From the IMG/VR virus record IMGVR_UViG_3300022744_000020, positions 206,384-270,383 of that record: a stretch of DNA of 64,000 bases. One strand, 5' to 3'. The translations under genes were made by a program, and so were the position numbers. How positions within the stretch are numbered: the first letter of the stretch is position 1; each line of letters begins with the position of its first letter. Below, piece after piece: positions 38,506 to 49,892 of this stretch. The notes beneath the pieces are model-generated. The model did no database searches, was not told the origin of the DNA, and saw only the letters and a list, made by a program, of their open reading frames with translations.

Positions 38506-39555
38506 ATGACTACACGCACTAATTCTGGAATCGTTACCTTTGGTTGGAACGGCAGCATTCACGACCAATATTTCACCTCGAACCCTATGGAGCTTTTGGA
38601 ACCAGGGCAATACGAATTCATGCAAGACAGTGGCATGTTGTCGGCAATTGAGTCTCGTACTCAGCCGGTTGAGTTGTCTCTCTGGGCTATTGAAAGTTCC
38701 AATCACTGTCTTCGTCACGGCTTTGATACGCTGAATATTTCAATGTACGCTGCTCCAAAAAAGGCCCTACAGACCAACAAGTTCTTGCTTTCGGAAATTG
38801 TCATCGACCCAAAAACAGACAAGGCTCGGTTCAGTCATCAAAAATTAGAACTAAAGAAGCCCCTCTACGTTTGGTTGGAGCCTAAAGACGGTTGGAAACT
38901 TCGCGATGGTCGGGCAACTCATCCAAATGCGGAGCGTATTGGAAAGACATCTTCAATCAGTATCAACCTGCAACGCATGAGCGTGACTGAGGTCGGGGAC
39001 GCCCTTCCCAATTATTCGCTGCCAGAAGCGATGAAGGCGGTGCAGTCTAATTCAAAAGAACATTGGTTTAAATTCATTGCTGGAAATTATGAAGGAAAAC
39101 CCCCACGACCCACTGATTCATTGTTGGAAGCCTTGATGGTGCAGGCCGCAACTATGGAAGGAATTCACGATAAAGAATACCTCAAGCTTTGTACAGCGCT
39201 GAGTGAAACCCATTCTGGTCTTAATTGGCCTCAAGAAGTTCTGACCAAGGCTTTTGAGGCGATGGCTGGGGATCGTTCACTCAATACCGCGGCTGAAAAT
39301 CTGCACTATGAAGGATTGTTTGGTCGCGCCCTGATTCTGTCCGGTGCCGCTCGGGCCACCTTGTTGGCTTTGCATCGTGTCGGACCTCTGAGAGATGGCG
39401 ACGTCCCGAGTAAAGCCGGCAGGGACGAGTTATTGGCGATCGGATTGATCGAAAAGATCATCGTTCGTGGAGAGGACGGGTATCAAGCCTGCAATTATCG
39501 AGGTCGCGATGTGATGAAAGCACTGAACGTTCTTTATCCGGATAAAAAATTATAG
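38506..39555 (+). CDS. Hypothetical protein with C-terminal wHTH-like domain
   Basis: LSGAARATL...GPLRDGDVPSKAGRDELLAIGLI. Confidence 0.7.
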   Translation: MTTRTNSGIVTFGWNGSIHDQYFTSNPMELLEPGQYEFMQDSGMLSAIESRTQPVELSLWAIESSNHCLRHGFDTLNISMYAAPKKALQTNKFLLSEIVIDPKTDKARFSHQKLELKKPLYVWLEPKDGWKLRDGRATHPNAERIGKTSSISINLQRMSVTEVGDALPNYSLPEAMKAVQSNSKEHWFKFIAGNYEGKPPRPTDSLLEALMVQAATMEGIHDKEYLKLCTALSETHSGLNWPQEVLTKAFEAMAGDRSLNTAAENLHYEGLFGRALILSGAARATLLALHRVGPLRDGDVPSKAGRDELLAIGLIEKIIVRGEDGYQACNYRGRDVMKALNVLYPDKKL

Positions 39556-39560
39556 GAAGA

Positions 39561-40086
39561 TCCCTATAATCTGCGAAAGCAGAAATGCCATTTGAGATAG
39601 GGTTGGGACTGGTAACGGGGCCCAATGACTTCAACCTTAACGGGTTGCGCTCCAGTGGAGCAGCGAAGTCGCAGATGCTGTCTCTGGAAGACCGGGAACC
39701 TGAAAAGTAATCCCGCGTCGGCATCACTGTGCCTATGGGTGTAGTCAGTGATGTTTATAAACGAACCATCCGTGACAACTCAGACTTGTCACGGAGTTCA
39801 AGGTAGGGAGGGAAATCGAAATTAACTCCCCTAGAAGTCCTTGGTCATGCCCACCACTCGGAAAGCCCCCTTCCGCTGGGAATGTTTCGACGAAATTCCA
39901 GACTCTGAGGGGTTTGGATGGATGAAAATCCACTCGTGACTTTAAGCCGGGCCTCAGCCCAAAACCTGCCCGTGTAGCCGGGCATAGGCAAGGGTATGCC
40001 GAAGTTAAAATCGGAAGTCGCACCACAGATCTTCCACCCAAAAGAAACGAATCTTCGCCTGCTACCTTGCGTGGAAGACCAGTCTC
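39561..40086 (+). ncRNA. Candidate large (~525 nt) structured ncRNA
   Basis: Intergenic gap without a credible gene; more than 12 helices, GAAA tetraloops, long-range closing helix, own terminator. Confidence 0.7.
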
Positions 40087-40087
40087 T

Positions 40088-40137
40088 CTGCCCCACCCTC
40101 ATGCTCAAAAGGCGTGAGGGTGGGGCAGTTCTTTTTT
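40088..40137 (+). terminator. 18-bp hairpin terminator with CAAAA loop
   Basis: Stem plus T tract. Confidence 0.8.
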
Positions 40138-40161
40138 GGTTATTCTAAAGATTAATAGACA

Positions 40162-40169
40162 CATATCAT
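40162..40169 (+). promoter_or_regulatory. Early promoter core (CATATCAT)
   Basis: Recurring motif. Confidence 0.65.
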
Positions 40170-40200
40170 CAAGGTGTAACCACCGCCAACGAAAGCAGAT

Positions 40201-40581
40201 ATGTCGCAACAAAAGACCCATGCCGAAATCCTGCAAGCCCAGTGCTTGAGCCTTGGTGAGCTTTACCAGGCTGCCAAAGCCACTCTGGACGAAAACACCA
40301 GACTGACAGCCACTTTGGCTTCCTGTACTCGTGAGCGAGATGAAGCTCGGAAGAAGCTTGCCGAACTGCAAACAGCCGGGACAACCGAAGGTGATCAGAT
40401 CACTTTGTCGAAAGAAACTTTCCAGAAGCTGATCGATCTCGGGGAAAGATTTCTCGATAGGGATTTTGATGCGTTCACTGACCGGTCGGTGTTCCGAGGC
40501 ACTTCGGAAGAATACCATCAGAAATACAACCCTCAGGAGTATGAGTTGATCCAAGCTCTTCAGAAACGCATGTACGAATAA
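40201..40581 (+). CDS. Hypothetical protein
   Basis: First ORF after promoter. Confidence 0.75.
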   Translation: MSQQKTHAEILQAQCLSLGELYQAAKATLDENTRLTATLASCTRERDEARKKLAELQTAGTTEGDQITLSKETFQKLIDLGERFLDRDFDAFTDRSVFRGTSEEYHQKYNPQEYELIQALQKRMYE

Positions 40582-40590
40582 GGAGTTGTA

Positions 40591-40872
40591 ATGAAATACC
40601 CATTTATTGGTACCAAGAGATCCCTCGAGCTCAGGTATGCACCCACAGATACAGAAAAACGAAAGCCGTTCCTGTTAATGCCGGCAGGAGAAGCAAACGT
40701 TTACCGGATTCTTTGTGGTGCTCGACTTGAGGGTGGTAAATTGTATCTCAAAGTAAAGACCTGGAATGACGTTCCAGAATACTCGAGTCTTCAACCTGTT
40801 GAGATCGTCACCTCGGAGCAGATCGAGTTTTCTCGGGCCTGTCTTGAAGCGGTAGACAAAAGCACTGCGTGA
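40591..40872 (+). CDS. Hypothetical protein
   Basis: AGGAG RBS. Confidence 0.7.
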   Translation: MKYPFIGTKRSLELRYAPTDTEKRKPFLLMPAGEANVYRILCGARLEGGKLYLKVKTWNDVPEYSSLQPVEIVTSEQIEFSRACLEAVDKSTA

Positions 40873-40878
40873 AAGGAA

Positions 40879-41214
40879 ATGCGCATGATGAAGAAAGTTT
40901 TGGAGCGATGCGTTGCCATGGAGCGGCCTTTTCTTATGGAGCTTGAATGGTGTTTCAAAGAACTCATTCGAGAAATCTTCAAGGAAGGGTTTGTTCGTTT
41001 TGGAGCGATTGAGAAAATCGCAATACTGAAAAAGAAGATGGCGAGGATCCACGAAGAGGACGAGTTGGACCATAATCGACAAATGGTTTATCTGATCTAT
41101 TGTACTCACCAGGAAGAGAACAACCCGGGCTCTTTGGAAATCCGCGCTCGAAGAGTCTCCCTACTGCATGCGTGCGGTCTCGGGGACTTCATCCCCCATC
41201 AGCTTCAGGATTAA
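40879..41214 (+). CDS. Hypothetical protein
   Basis: AAGGA RBS. Confidence 0.7.
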   Translation: MRMMKKVLERCVAMERPFLMELEWCFKELIREIFKEGFVRFGAIEKIAILKKKMARIHEEDELDHNRQMVYLIYCTHQEENNPGSLEIRARRVSLLHACGLGDFIPHQLQD

Positions 41215-41218
41215 AAGC

Positions 41219-41596
41219 ATGGCACACAAAACCAAAGAAGATCGACAGAAGGAAGCAGCGGTTCGTCGTCGAAAAGATCTCCCAACCTTGGAGTCTTTCT
41301 TCAAGGAGGCTTTGCTGCAGGCACTGAAGAAGGATGGGACCAAGGAATATCAATACGAAGCCATCCGCCGCAGTCGCCAAAATCTATCCAGCAAGATGGA
41401 AGATTGCGACTACGCCGAACCCGCCATTGAGCGACGGATCGCCGTACTGATTCGAGAAGTCCTCATCGAAACCAACAAGACACCGAGGGACTTCGCACAC
41501 ATCGACTACCAGCACGTCATCGGCTACTATCTCGAAGTCCCTTTGTTGGACTCCCAAAAGAAAGAACTCAATCTGCATGCTCTCTTACCTACTTAA
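41219..41596 (+). CDS. Hypothetical protein
   Basis: Operon ORF. Confidence 0.7.
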   Translation: MAHKTKEDRQKEAAVRRRKDLPTLESFFKEALLQALKKDGTKEYQYEAIRRSRQNLSSKMEDCDYAEPAIERRIAVLIREVLIETNKTPRDFAHIDYQHVIGYYLEVPLLDSQKKELNLHALLPT

Positions 41597-42020
41597 ACCC
41601 TTCTTCAAACCTCCAGTGAGGTCGGAGTTCCACTTCCATGGCACGATAGCCAATCGCGAGTACCCTTCCCCGGCAGAGGAATTCAAAAGAGGACCAGGTA
41701 TCTTTGTGGTGAAGGCAGTCACCTACGAGCATGCGACTCCGGCGACACCCGTTCGATGGAAGCTCTCCATTCGGACATTGGTACTGGATGAAGTTCGACC
41801 TTCACGCTGGTTCAACAAGCCGGCTGGTGGTTTCGGGTTACTGCGCGGCGTGATCCCTGTCTCGGATGAGAATTTTGCATTCCGAGTGATGCCGAATTCA
41901 GGGTTTCAACTTACCGCTAAACGCAAGTTGCAGTTCCGGAAATCGGACCGGAAAAAGCTGGGCTTTGCCCGTGATCTCACGGTTGTCGTGGATTTTTACG
42001 AGTACCGCTGGCCTTTTTAA
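41577..42020 (+). CDS. Hypothetical protein
   Basis: Operon ORF. Confidence 0.65.
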   Translation: MLSYLLKPFFKPPVRSEFHFHGTIANREYPSPAEEFKRGPGIFVVKAVTYEHATPATPVRWKLSIRTLVLDEVRPSRWFNKPAGGFGLLRGVIPVSDENFAFRVMPNSGFQLTAKRKLQFRKSDRKKLGFARDLTVVVDFYEYRWPF

Positions 42021-42141
42021 GAAAACAGCCCCCATTTATTGACACCAACCTAGCACTATCTGGAAGGGAGTAATGCCCCAAACCCAGGTAAGGCTAGGCT
42101 GTTTATTTTTTGTCAAATCCCCAAATGTCGAGGAAATCATC

Positions 42142-42672
42142 GTGCAAATCACCCACGTATCTGGCGAAGTCGTCTCCCAATCTGAATCTTATCAGGACTG
42201 GGAAGAGGGTCTTCATTTTGATGTGACCACTTTAGAGACCCGAATTCTCAGAGATAATTACGCGCTGGAGGGTGTTGTATTTGTGCGTAACCGATCCTCT
42301 AAAAAACTACTCTTGAGAAAGACTGATCAGCTCCGAGCTTACAGTTGTTTCTTCCCGAAGATTCCTGATCCGTTTCACTCCAGCATTGCTGAGCATCTGT
42401 GCCGTCAAGTCTCCTGGGTCACAGGGGTACGCGTCACCGAAGCCGAGAAGAACGTCTATTTCCAAAAGCTTAGCCTGGGTCGAGCTTTTGGTTTTGTTGA
42501 CCCGAAACAAAGAACAGCTCGAATCATCACCTGTTTGGATGTCACGTGCGATGACCTGATCTCATCTGGTTGGTCCTGGTACGAAGACACTTCATCGGTG
42601 AGGAGAAGCGGTGAGTTCATGCGCGAATGCCTGTCGGATGAATCCGTCCGGGCATTGAACTTCAGCCAGTGA
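42142..42672 (+). CDS. Hypothetical protein, possibly degenerate Nudix fold
   Basis: GAGG RBS and GTG; VVFVRN..KLLLRK...EHLCRQVSWVTGV lacks the catalytic Glu residues. Confidence 0.5.
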   Translation: MQITHVSGEVVSQSESYQDWEEGLHFDVTTLETRILRDNYALEGVVFVRNRSSKKLLLRKTDQLRAYSCFFPKIPDPFHSSIAEHLCRQVSWVTGVRVTEAEKNVYFQKLSLGRAFGFVDPKQRTARIITCLDVTCDDLISSGWSWYEDTSSVRRSGEFMRECLSDESVRALNFSQ

Positions 42673-42690
42673 CCATTGAAGAGAAACAAA

Positions 42691-43260
42691 ATGAAAGCCC
42701 CTGTCCCCTACATGAAGGCCATCTGGGCCGAGTCTGCCAACGGCATCATCGGAAATCAAGGAGCTCTTCCATGGAAGTCCAGTGAGGACATGAAGATTTT
42801 CAAAGAGAAGACGGCCGGCAGTACCGTCATCATGGGTCGAAAGACCTGGGATTCTCTGCCGATCCAGCCGCTCCCTGGTCGTGAAAACATCATCGTCACG
42901 AGGGACTTCTTCAACGTGAACCCCCCAGACGTTCATGGTTTTTCCACTAACCAACTCGATCGGGCTTTCTTTGATGATTACCCCAAGGGAATTCATCAAA
43001 GCCTCATGGCGCGGACGATTGAGAATCGTCGACCGATCTGGGTCATTGGTGGATCTCAGATCTTCAAAGAGTTCTGGCCTTACATCGCCGAGCTTCACAT
43101 CACCATCTTCCCGGATCTGATCGTGAATGGAGACACGTCCTCCCCTCTGCTGGATCGGTCGGACGAACTTCCGATGCATTGGGAAATGAAGGAGAGCGAG
43201 TGCCGGTTCATCAAGACTGATCGAGAGAGCCTGGATCACCTCGTCTTCGTGCGTAAGTGA
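42691..43260 (+). CDS. folA: Dihydrofolate reductase
   Basis: AIWAESANGIIG..GALPW, VIMGRKTWDSL, PLPGRENIIVT, WVIGGSQI. Confidence 0.95.
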   Translation: MKAPVPYMKAIWAESANGIIGNQGALPWKSSEDMKIFKEKTAGSTVIMGRKTWDSLPIQPLPGRENIIVTRDFFNVNPPDVHGFSTNQLDRAFFDDYPKGIHQSLMARTIENRRPIWVIGGSQIFKEFWPYIAELHITIFPDLIVNGDTSSPLLDRSDELPMHWEMKESECRFIKTDRESLDHLVFVRK

Positions 43261-43280
43261 TTTGGTATTTTTTACAAACA

Positions 43281-43288
43281 TACATCAT
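43281..43288 (+). promoter_or_regulatory. Early promoter core (TACATCAT)
   Basis: Recurring motif. Confidence 0.65.
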
Positions 43289-43305
43289 CGGTTAGGTAAA
43301 ACTAA

Positions 43306-45498
<2,193 letters not shown>

Positions 45499-45511
45499 TC
45501 AAGAACAGCAA

Positions 45512-46162
45512 ATGGAAGAGTATGTTCGACGGTCTTGCGAAGATGCCGATCGAAACCTGGCGTACTGTGCATTACTGCTGAACATACTTCGTCGAAAAAA
45601 TAAATTCCTGGTTCTCCAATCCAACGGAGGCGAAGACGGAATCTCGTACATCGGCTACTACTATCCACTGAATCAAAAGCAAACTCAAACGAGATACACG
45701 CTACTGATCGGAGGAGTGGAGGAGCAATCGAAGACGGTGGTCTTCATGGAAATCCACGACTGTATCGAAGAGAAGATGCTCAAGCGGATCGATTGGACAT
45801 ACGACAACCGCCACGATTTCGACGACATCTCCAAGACTGCCTCCTATGGAAAGTTCTTCGGAGATTTCCTCAACATTCAAGAAGAACTGATCGCTCTATC
45901 GGGAGGGCCTTTGGCCCAAAAGGTCGAGAAAAAGAAATCCAAAGGAAAAGAAGAAGACCCTCTTCCCTACCTGCGAGATCCTCCCGACGTGATCAAGGCT
46001 TTTGGACTAACCATCCCAGCCACAGCCACGCTTCTGGGAAGCGGAAAGGTCGAAATCATCCCGGAAGAGTTCCTGAAAGAAAATGGCGCCAAAGTCGGCG
46101 ACTACATCACGCGCAATCCCCACGGGCAGATCATCCTGCTGCCCAAAACCAACGTCCACTGA
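45512..46162 (+). CDS. Hypothetical protein
   Basis: Operon ORF. Confidence 0.7.
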   Translation: MEEYVRRSCEDADRNLAYCALLLNILRRKNKFLVLQSNGGEDGISYIGYYYPLNQKQTQTRYTLLIGGVEEQSKTVVFMEIHDCIEEKMLKRIDWTYDNRHDFDDISKTASYGKFFGDFLNIQEELIALSGGPLAQKVEKKKSKGKEEDPLPYLRDPPDVIKAFGLTIPATATLLGSGKVEIIPEEFLKENGAKVGDYITRNPHGQIILLPKTNVH

Positions 46163-46171
46163 AGGAACAAG

Positions 46172-47239
46172 ATGAGCATTCTCAGCGATCGACAAATTCG
46201 ACATCTGGCTGAAAACCACGGCATGATCGAACCGTTCGAACCCGGTCAGATCCGACACGCAGCCGATGGAAAAAGGCTGATCAGTTACGGAACCTCCAGC
46301 TATGGCTACGATGTTCGAGTGGCCAACGAATTCAAGGTCTTCACCAACGTCCACTCGACTGTGGTGGATCCCAAGAATTTCGATGAGAAGTGTTTTGTGG
46401 ATATGGTCGGCGATGTCTGTATCATTCCACCGAACAGCTTTGCTCTGGCGCGAACGGTGGAAAAGTTCAAGATCCCCAGAGACGTGCTGACCATCTGTCT
46501 TGGTAAGAGCACGTATGCCAGGTGCTTCACCGGAGACACGAAGGTTTTGTGTGCCGACAACGTCGGCAGAACCTTCCTCGAGCTGGTAGATGCGTGGAAG
46601 AGCGGCGTCACTTACCCGATCTATTGCATGAACGAAACCGGGGAAATCGTGGTGTCCTACTACGAGAACCCACGGCTCGTTGGGCGGGAGAAGGTGGTCG
46701 AGGTCTTCACGAACATCGGGCTTCAGACCGACACTCATCGGTCGTCGTTCAGAAGCACGCCGGATCACGAGCATTTCGTCTCGGTGTCGAAAACTGTTCG
46801 ATCCGACCAGCTTAAGCCGGGCGACTCGCTCATGATCCCCTGGGTCTATGAAAAGCGTGCCTCCATCGGGGCCGAATCCGCGTCCAGAGAGTTTCGAGCA
46901 GAATCGATCGAAATGGTCGAATCCGTCGTCGAATGCGAGGGTCTTCACGACGTCTTCTGTCTCACGTCTCCCGTGCACGGCAACTTCATCTTGGCTGATT
47001 CCGGTGTGATCACCAAGAACTGCGGCATCATTGTCAACGTCACCCCCTTCGAGCCGGAGTGGGAGGGTTACGTTACGCTGGAGTTCTCGAACACCACCCC
47101 GCTTCCGGCGAAGATCTACGCGGGGGAGGGATGCGCTCAAGTGCTTTTCCTTCAAGGCTCCGAGCCGTGCGAAACCTCCTACCGCGACCGCGGTGGGAAA
47201 TACCAGGGTCAGACAGGTGTGGTCATCCCGCGACTGTAA
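46172..47239 (+). CDS. dcd: dCTP deaminase, intein-containing
   Basis: SYGYDVR, GKSTYAR|[16 protein letters not shown], YxGKYQGQ. Confidence 0.95.
   Translation: MSILSDRQIRHLAENHGMIEPFEPGQIRHAADGKRLISYGTSSYGYDVRVANEFKVFTNVHSTVVDPKNFDEKCFVDMVGDVCIIPPNSFALARTVEKFKIPRDVLTICLGKSTYARCFTGDTKVLCADNVGRTFLELVDAWKSGVTYPIYCMNETGEIVVSYYENPRLVGREKVVEVFTNIGLQTDTHRSSFRSTPDHEHFVSVSKTVRSDQLKPGDSLMIPWVYEKRASIGAESASREFRAESIEMVESVVECEGLHDVFCLTSPVHGNFILADSGVITKNCGIIVNVTPFEPEWEGYVTLEFSNTTPLPAKIYAGEGCAQVLFLQGSEPCETSYRDRGGKYQGQTGVVIPRL
46523..47020 (+). mobile_element. Mini-intein (166 aa, no endonuclease)
   Basis: Starts CFTGDT, block B STPDH, block F DVFCL, ends VITKN followed by C. Confidence 0.9.
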
Positions 47240-47299
47240 ACCCACCAAAGTTTTCCATCGGGGCTAAAGCCCCATCTTCCACCACGACAGGAGCCCACC

Positions 47300-47701
47300 A
47301 TGGCCACCAAAACAGCCCCCGCAAAGAAGATCGTTTCCACCAAGAAGGCCGACCTTCCCAAAGTCGTCACCCCGGCCAAGAAGTCCGTTGATCCGGAAAA
47401 GAAGAAGTTCGTCATCCGGATCCATCCGTGTGAAGAATGGCCCCTGGCCACGATGACGATCGTGGGTGAATCCAACTGCGCCGAAATGCTGCGCAAGCTG
47501 GCAATCGAAGGAATGACTCCCGATCCCAAGAAGCGTCAAAACCTCCTGTGGGATCAGGCCCTCAAGAAGGACGGGACCATCCACACGAACCACGTCCAGA
47601 TCCTCAGCCGTTGCCGACTGCTGGAACGTCTGGGCTTCACGGTGGACTGGAAGACCTCCAGCCATCTGACGGGCCACTATCCCACTCTGCTGAAGGTGTA
47701 A
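47300..47701 (+). CDS. Hypothetical protein with Lys/Ala/Pro-rich N-terminus
   Basis: AGGAG RBS; PAKK repeats. Confidence 0.75.
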   Translation: MATKTAPAKKIVSTKKADLPKVVTPAKKSVDPEKKKFVIRIHPCEEWPLATMTIVGESNCAEMLRKLAIEGMTPDPKKRQNLLWDQALKKDGTIHTNHVQILSRCRLLERLGFTVDWKTSSHLTGHYPTLLKV

Positions 47702-47763
47702 GAATCACAACAGCCCTCCAGACCCATTTGTGTGGGCTGGAGGGCTTCACCAGGACAATCGAA

Positions 47764-47994
47764 ATGAACGCTATACCCGCTCTTATTTCCTTGATCTACA
47801 TGCTCTTTGCAGTGACTGTAGTTTTGGGCGTTTTGGGAGTTCTCGTAGGTGCTTGTGCCGTGGTTATCGGCACGGTGATCGGTGTGCCGTTGTATTTGAC
47901 CTGGCAACTTCTCCGTGGTTTTTGGTGGCTGTGCTGCTGGCCTTCGAATTACCTCAATCGCCGACAAACCGCAGCTCTGAAAGAATTCAAGTGA
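47764..47994 (+). CDS. Small membrane protein
   Basis: Long hydrophobic stretch. Confidence 0.65.
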   Translation: MNAIPALISLIYMLFAVTVVLGVLGVLVGACAVVIGTVIGVPLYLTWQLLRGFWWLCCWPSNYLNRRQTAALKEFK

Positions 47995-48242
47995 TCAACA
48001 ATCCAGAAGTCAAAGCCCTCTACGATTCGTGGGGGAAGCGGCTGATTCGCATCAACGATCTGATTCGAGAGCATCGGAAAAATCGATCAGCCACCAAAGA
48101 GCAACTGCTGGTTTTGAAGAATCACCGTAAGAAAATCAATGGCTATAGGAGTCAATTGGGGAGTGATCGAAATCTCACCCTGATGGATCCGGGGGTGGTT
48201 AGCGCCCAAAAGCTCGTCTTCCAGTTGTACGAAATGCCATGA
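47991..48242 (+). CDS. Small basic hypothetical protein
   Basis: GTGA overlap. Confidence 0.6.
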   Translation: MINNPEVKALYDSWGKRLIRINDLIREHRKNRSATKEQLLVLKNHRKKINGYRSQLGSDRNLTLMDPGVVSAQKLVFQLYEMP

Positions 48243-48389
48243 TTCAAGCAGGGCCGTAATGGCTCTGCTTGAGATCCTTTTCTTTTTTGTTACCCTGTAA
48301 ATAAATATCTATTGTATGCACGAAGGGTACCCATAAATCGTGGGACTTAACGTGAAAGAGTTTTTCATCATCCTCAACAGGAGCTTTTC

Positions 48390-48842
48390 ATGGCACTGAC
48401 CCCCATCGTCTACATCGACGAAACCGGCCAAACGGTCGACACGCAAGGTCTGATCTCCGGCTGGACCGGCCCGCACAGCGGCCACCGCGTCGCCACCGTG
48501 TGGGACAACTTCGGCGTCTCCGGCACCGTGAAGATCGGCCCGGGCTCGACCGACCTCCAGTCGGCCTTCCCGATCCCCTTCAAGGTCCAGAAGCGTTCGA
48601 CCGACGGCACCATCACCACGATGGCCACCGGTCTGTTCCCCGCGAACACCGCGCAGATCTCGGCCGCTGGCATGGCGCTCGACGTCACGACCTTCCCGAA
48701 CGTCAACCCGGAAGACGCCTACGCCGTCGTGCCGGCTGGCAACGTGGTCGAGTCGACGAACCACGCCGGCTACTTCGTGTGGGCCGAAGCCCCCGCGTCG
48801 GGCCAAGGCTTCAACGTGAAGCTGCTGATCGACATCAACTGA
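48390..48842 (+). CDS. Highly expressed beta-rich protein (possible virion decoration protein)
   Basis: Strong C/G-ending codon bias like the capsid gene; monocistronic. Confidence 0.65.
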   Translation: MALTPIVYIDETGQTVDTQGLISGWTGPHSGHRVATVWDNFGVSGTVKIGPGSTDLQSAFPIPFKVQKRSTDGTITTMATGLFPANTAQISAAGMALDVTTFPNVNPEDAYAVVPAGNVVESTNHAGYFVWAEAPASGQGFNVKLLIDIN

Positions 48843-48994
48843 TCACTACCCCCTCACGGGGGATAGAGATCTAGGGTAGGCGAAGTTCCTTGGTTGGGCC
48901 TTGCGGCCTACCCTTGATGTCAATCACATAAAGCCCGGGGGTTCGCTCCCGGGCTTTATGCTGTATTTTATTCATTCGTAGTTCTTTATGATCA

Positions 48995-49002
48995 CACATT
49001 AC
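48995..49002 (+). promoter_or_regulatory. Early promoter core (CACATTAC)
   Basis: Recurring motif. Confidence 0.6.
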
Positions 49003-49040
49003 CAGTTAGAATGCTTACCCGCTAATCGCGAACCACCATC

Positions 49041-49835
49041 ATGACTATTGAACTCCACGAAGTACAAGCCGCTATTGCTCGCTGCATGCATCGCCCTGAC
49101 CAGCCTCAATATCTGAGAGATCAGTTTGAATTACGCTACAGTAGCGTCGATGAGAAGATCTATCTGTACTTGTTAACACCTTGGAAAATTGTCAACAACA
49201 CATCGCCGAGATATTTCCTTAAGGAATACCCCCTGCAAGGCCCTCAGGAGGTCCATGAAGAGATTTTCTCAGGGATCATTGAAATGGCCTGGGATAAAAA
49301 GATTCCCAGGCTTATACGCCCTTTAAATTGGCACGAGCTAGATCTTGGGATGCGCGTGGCTTACTATAAGTGGCACGGTCGCCTGCCTGCGGGAATGGTT
49401 GGTGTCGTCTCTCGTTTTGTAATTAAAACAAAAAGAATCATTACAGAAAAAGAAATGGAGCGCTGGAGAGTTCCGGCTGGTGACTATCGGATACGCGTAG
49501 GGGTTGAGATCCGTTGGGCTGATGGCTATAACGACACGGAGACCGACTTAGGGGAGTTGGCGATGCTGGAAGAGCCTAGCATCATCAAGCCTCGAGCGAT
49601 CAAGGTTTTCACTGGACACCAGTACGCGGAATCTGATGTCGTCAAGGTCGGTAAATCCAAACACTACGTGGTTAAATCACTGAAGTGGAGTGATCTTCAA
49701 AAGCAATCAAAAAATCCCACGCCATGCTACGTTTGCTATCCGGTGGAGGATCCAAAGCGCGTCGTGGAAATCGCGGAGAGTCAGATCACGGCACGAGTGG
49801 GAGTGAACTACCCCCTCGGATTTCTTCAGTCCTGA
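49041..49835 (+). CDS. Hypothetical protein
   Basis: ORF between promoter and terminator. Confidence 0.75.
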   Translation: MTIELHEVQAAIARCMHRPDQPQYLRDQFELRYSSVDEKIYLYLLTPWKIVNNTSPRYFLKEYPLQGPQEVHEEIFSGIIEMAWDKKIPRLIRPLNWHELDLGMRVAYYKWHGRLPAGMVGVVSRFVIKTKRIITEKEMERWRVPAGDYRIRVGVEIRWADGYNDTETDLGELAMLEEPSIIKPRAIKVFTGHQYAESDVVKVGKSKHYVVKSLKWSDLQKQSKNPTPCYVCYPVEDPKRVVEIAESQITARVGVNYPLGFLQS

Positions 49836-49844
49836 AAATAAGCA

Positions 49845-49887
49845 TATGCACTACCTACTCGCTTTACCGGCGAGTAGGTAGTGCGTG
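49845..49887. terminator. Long hairpin between convergent genes
   Basis: GCACTACCTACTCGC/GCGAGTAGGTAGTGC. Confidence 0.75.
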
Positions 49888-49892
49888 CTTTA

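Noticed and set aside
39561-40086. Assignment as tmRNA, RNase P RNA, group I or group II intron
   Set aside because: GTTTCGACG at ~39884 is tmRNA-like but there is no GGGG acceptor, T-arm or CCA end; no GAGGAAAGUCC; no group II domain V; no group I P7 pattern; no interrupted gene
39458-40108. Three short minus-strand ORFs across the large ncRNA candidate
   Set aside because: Mutually overlapping, no RBS, against local gene polarity, atypical composition
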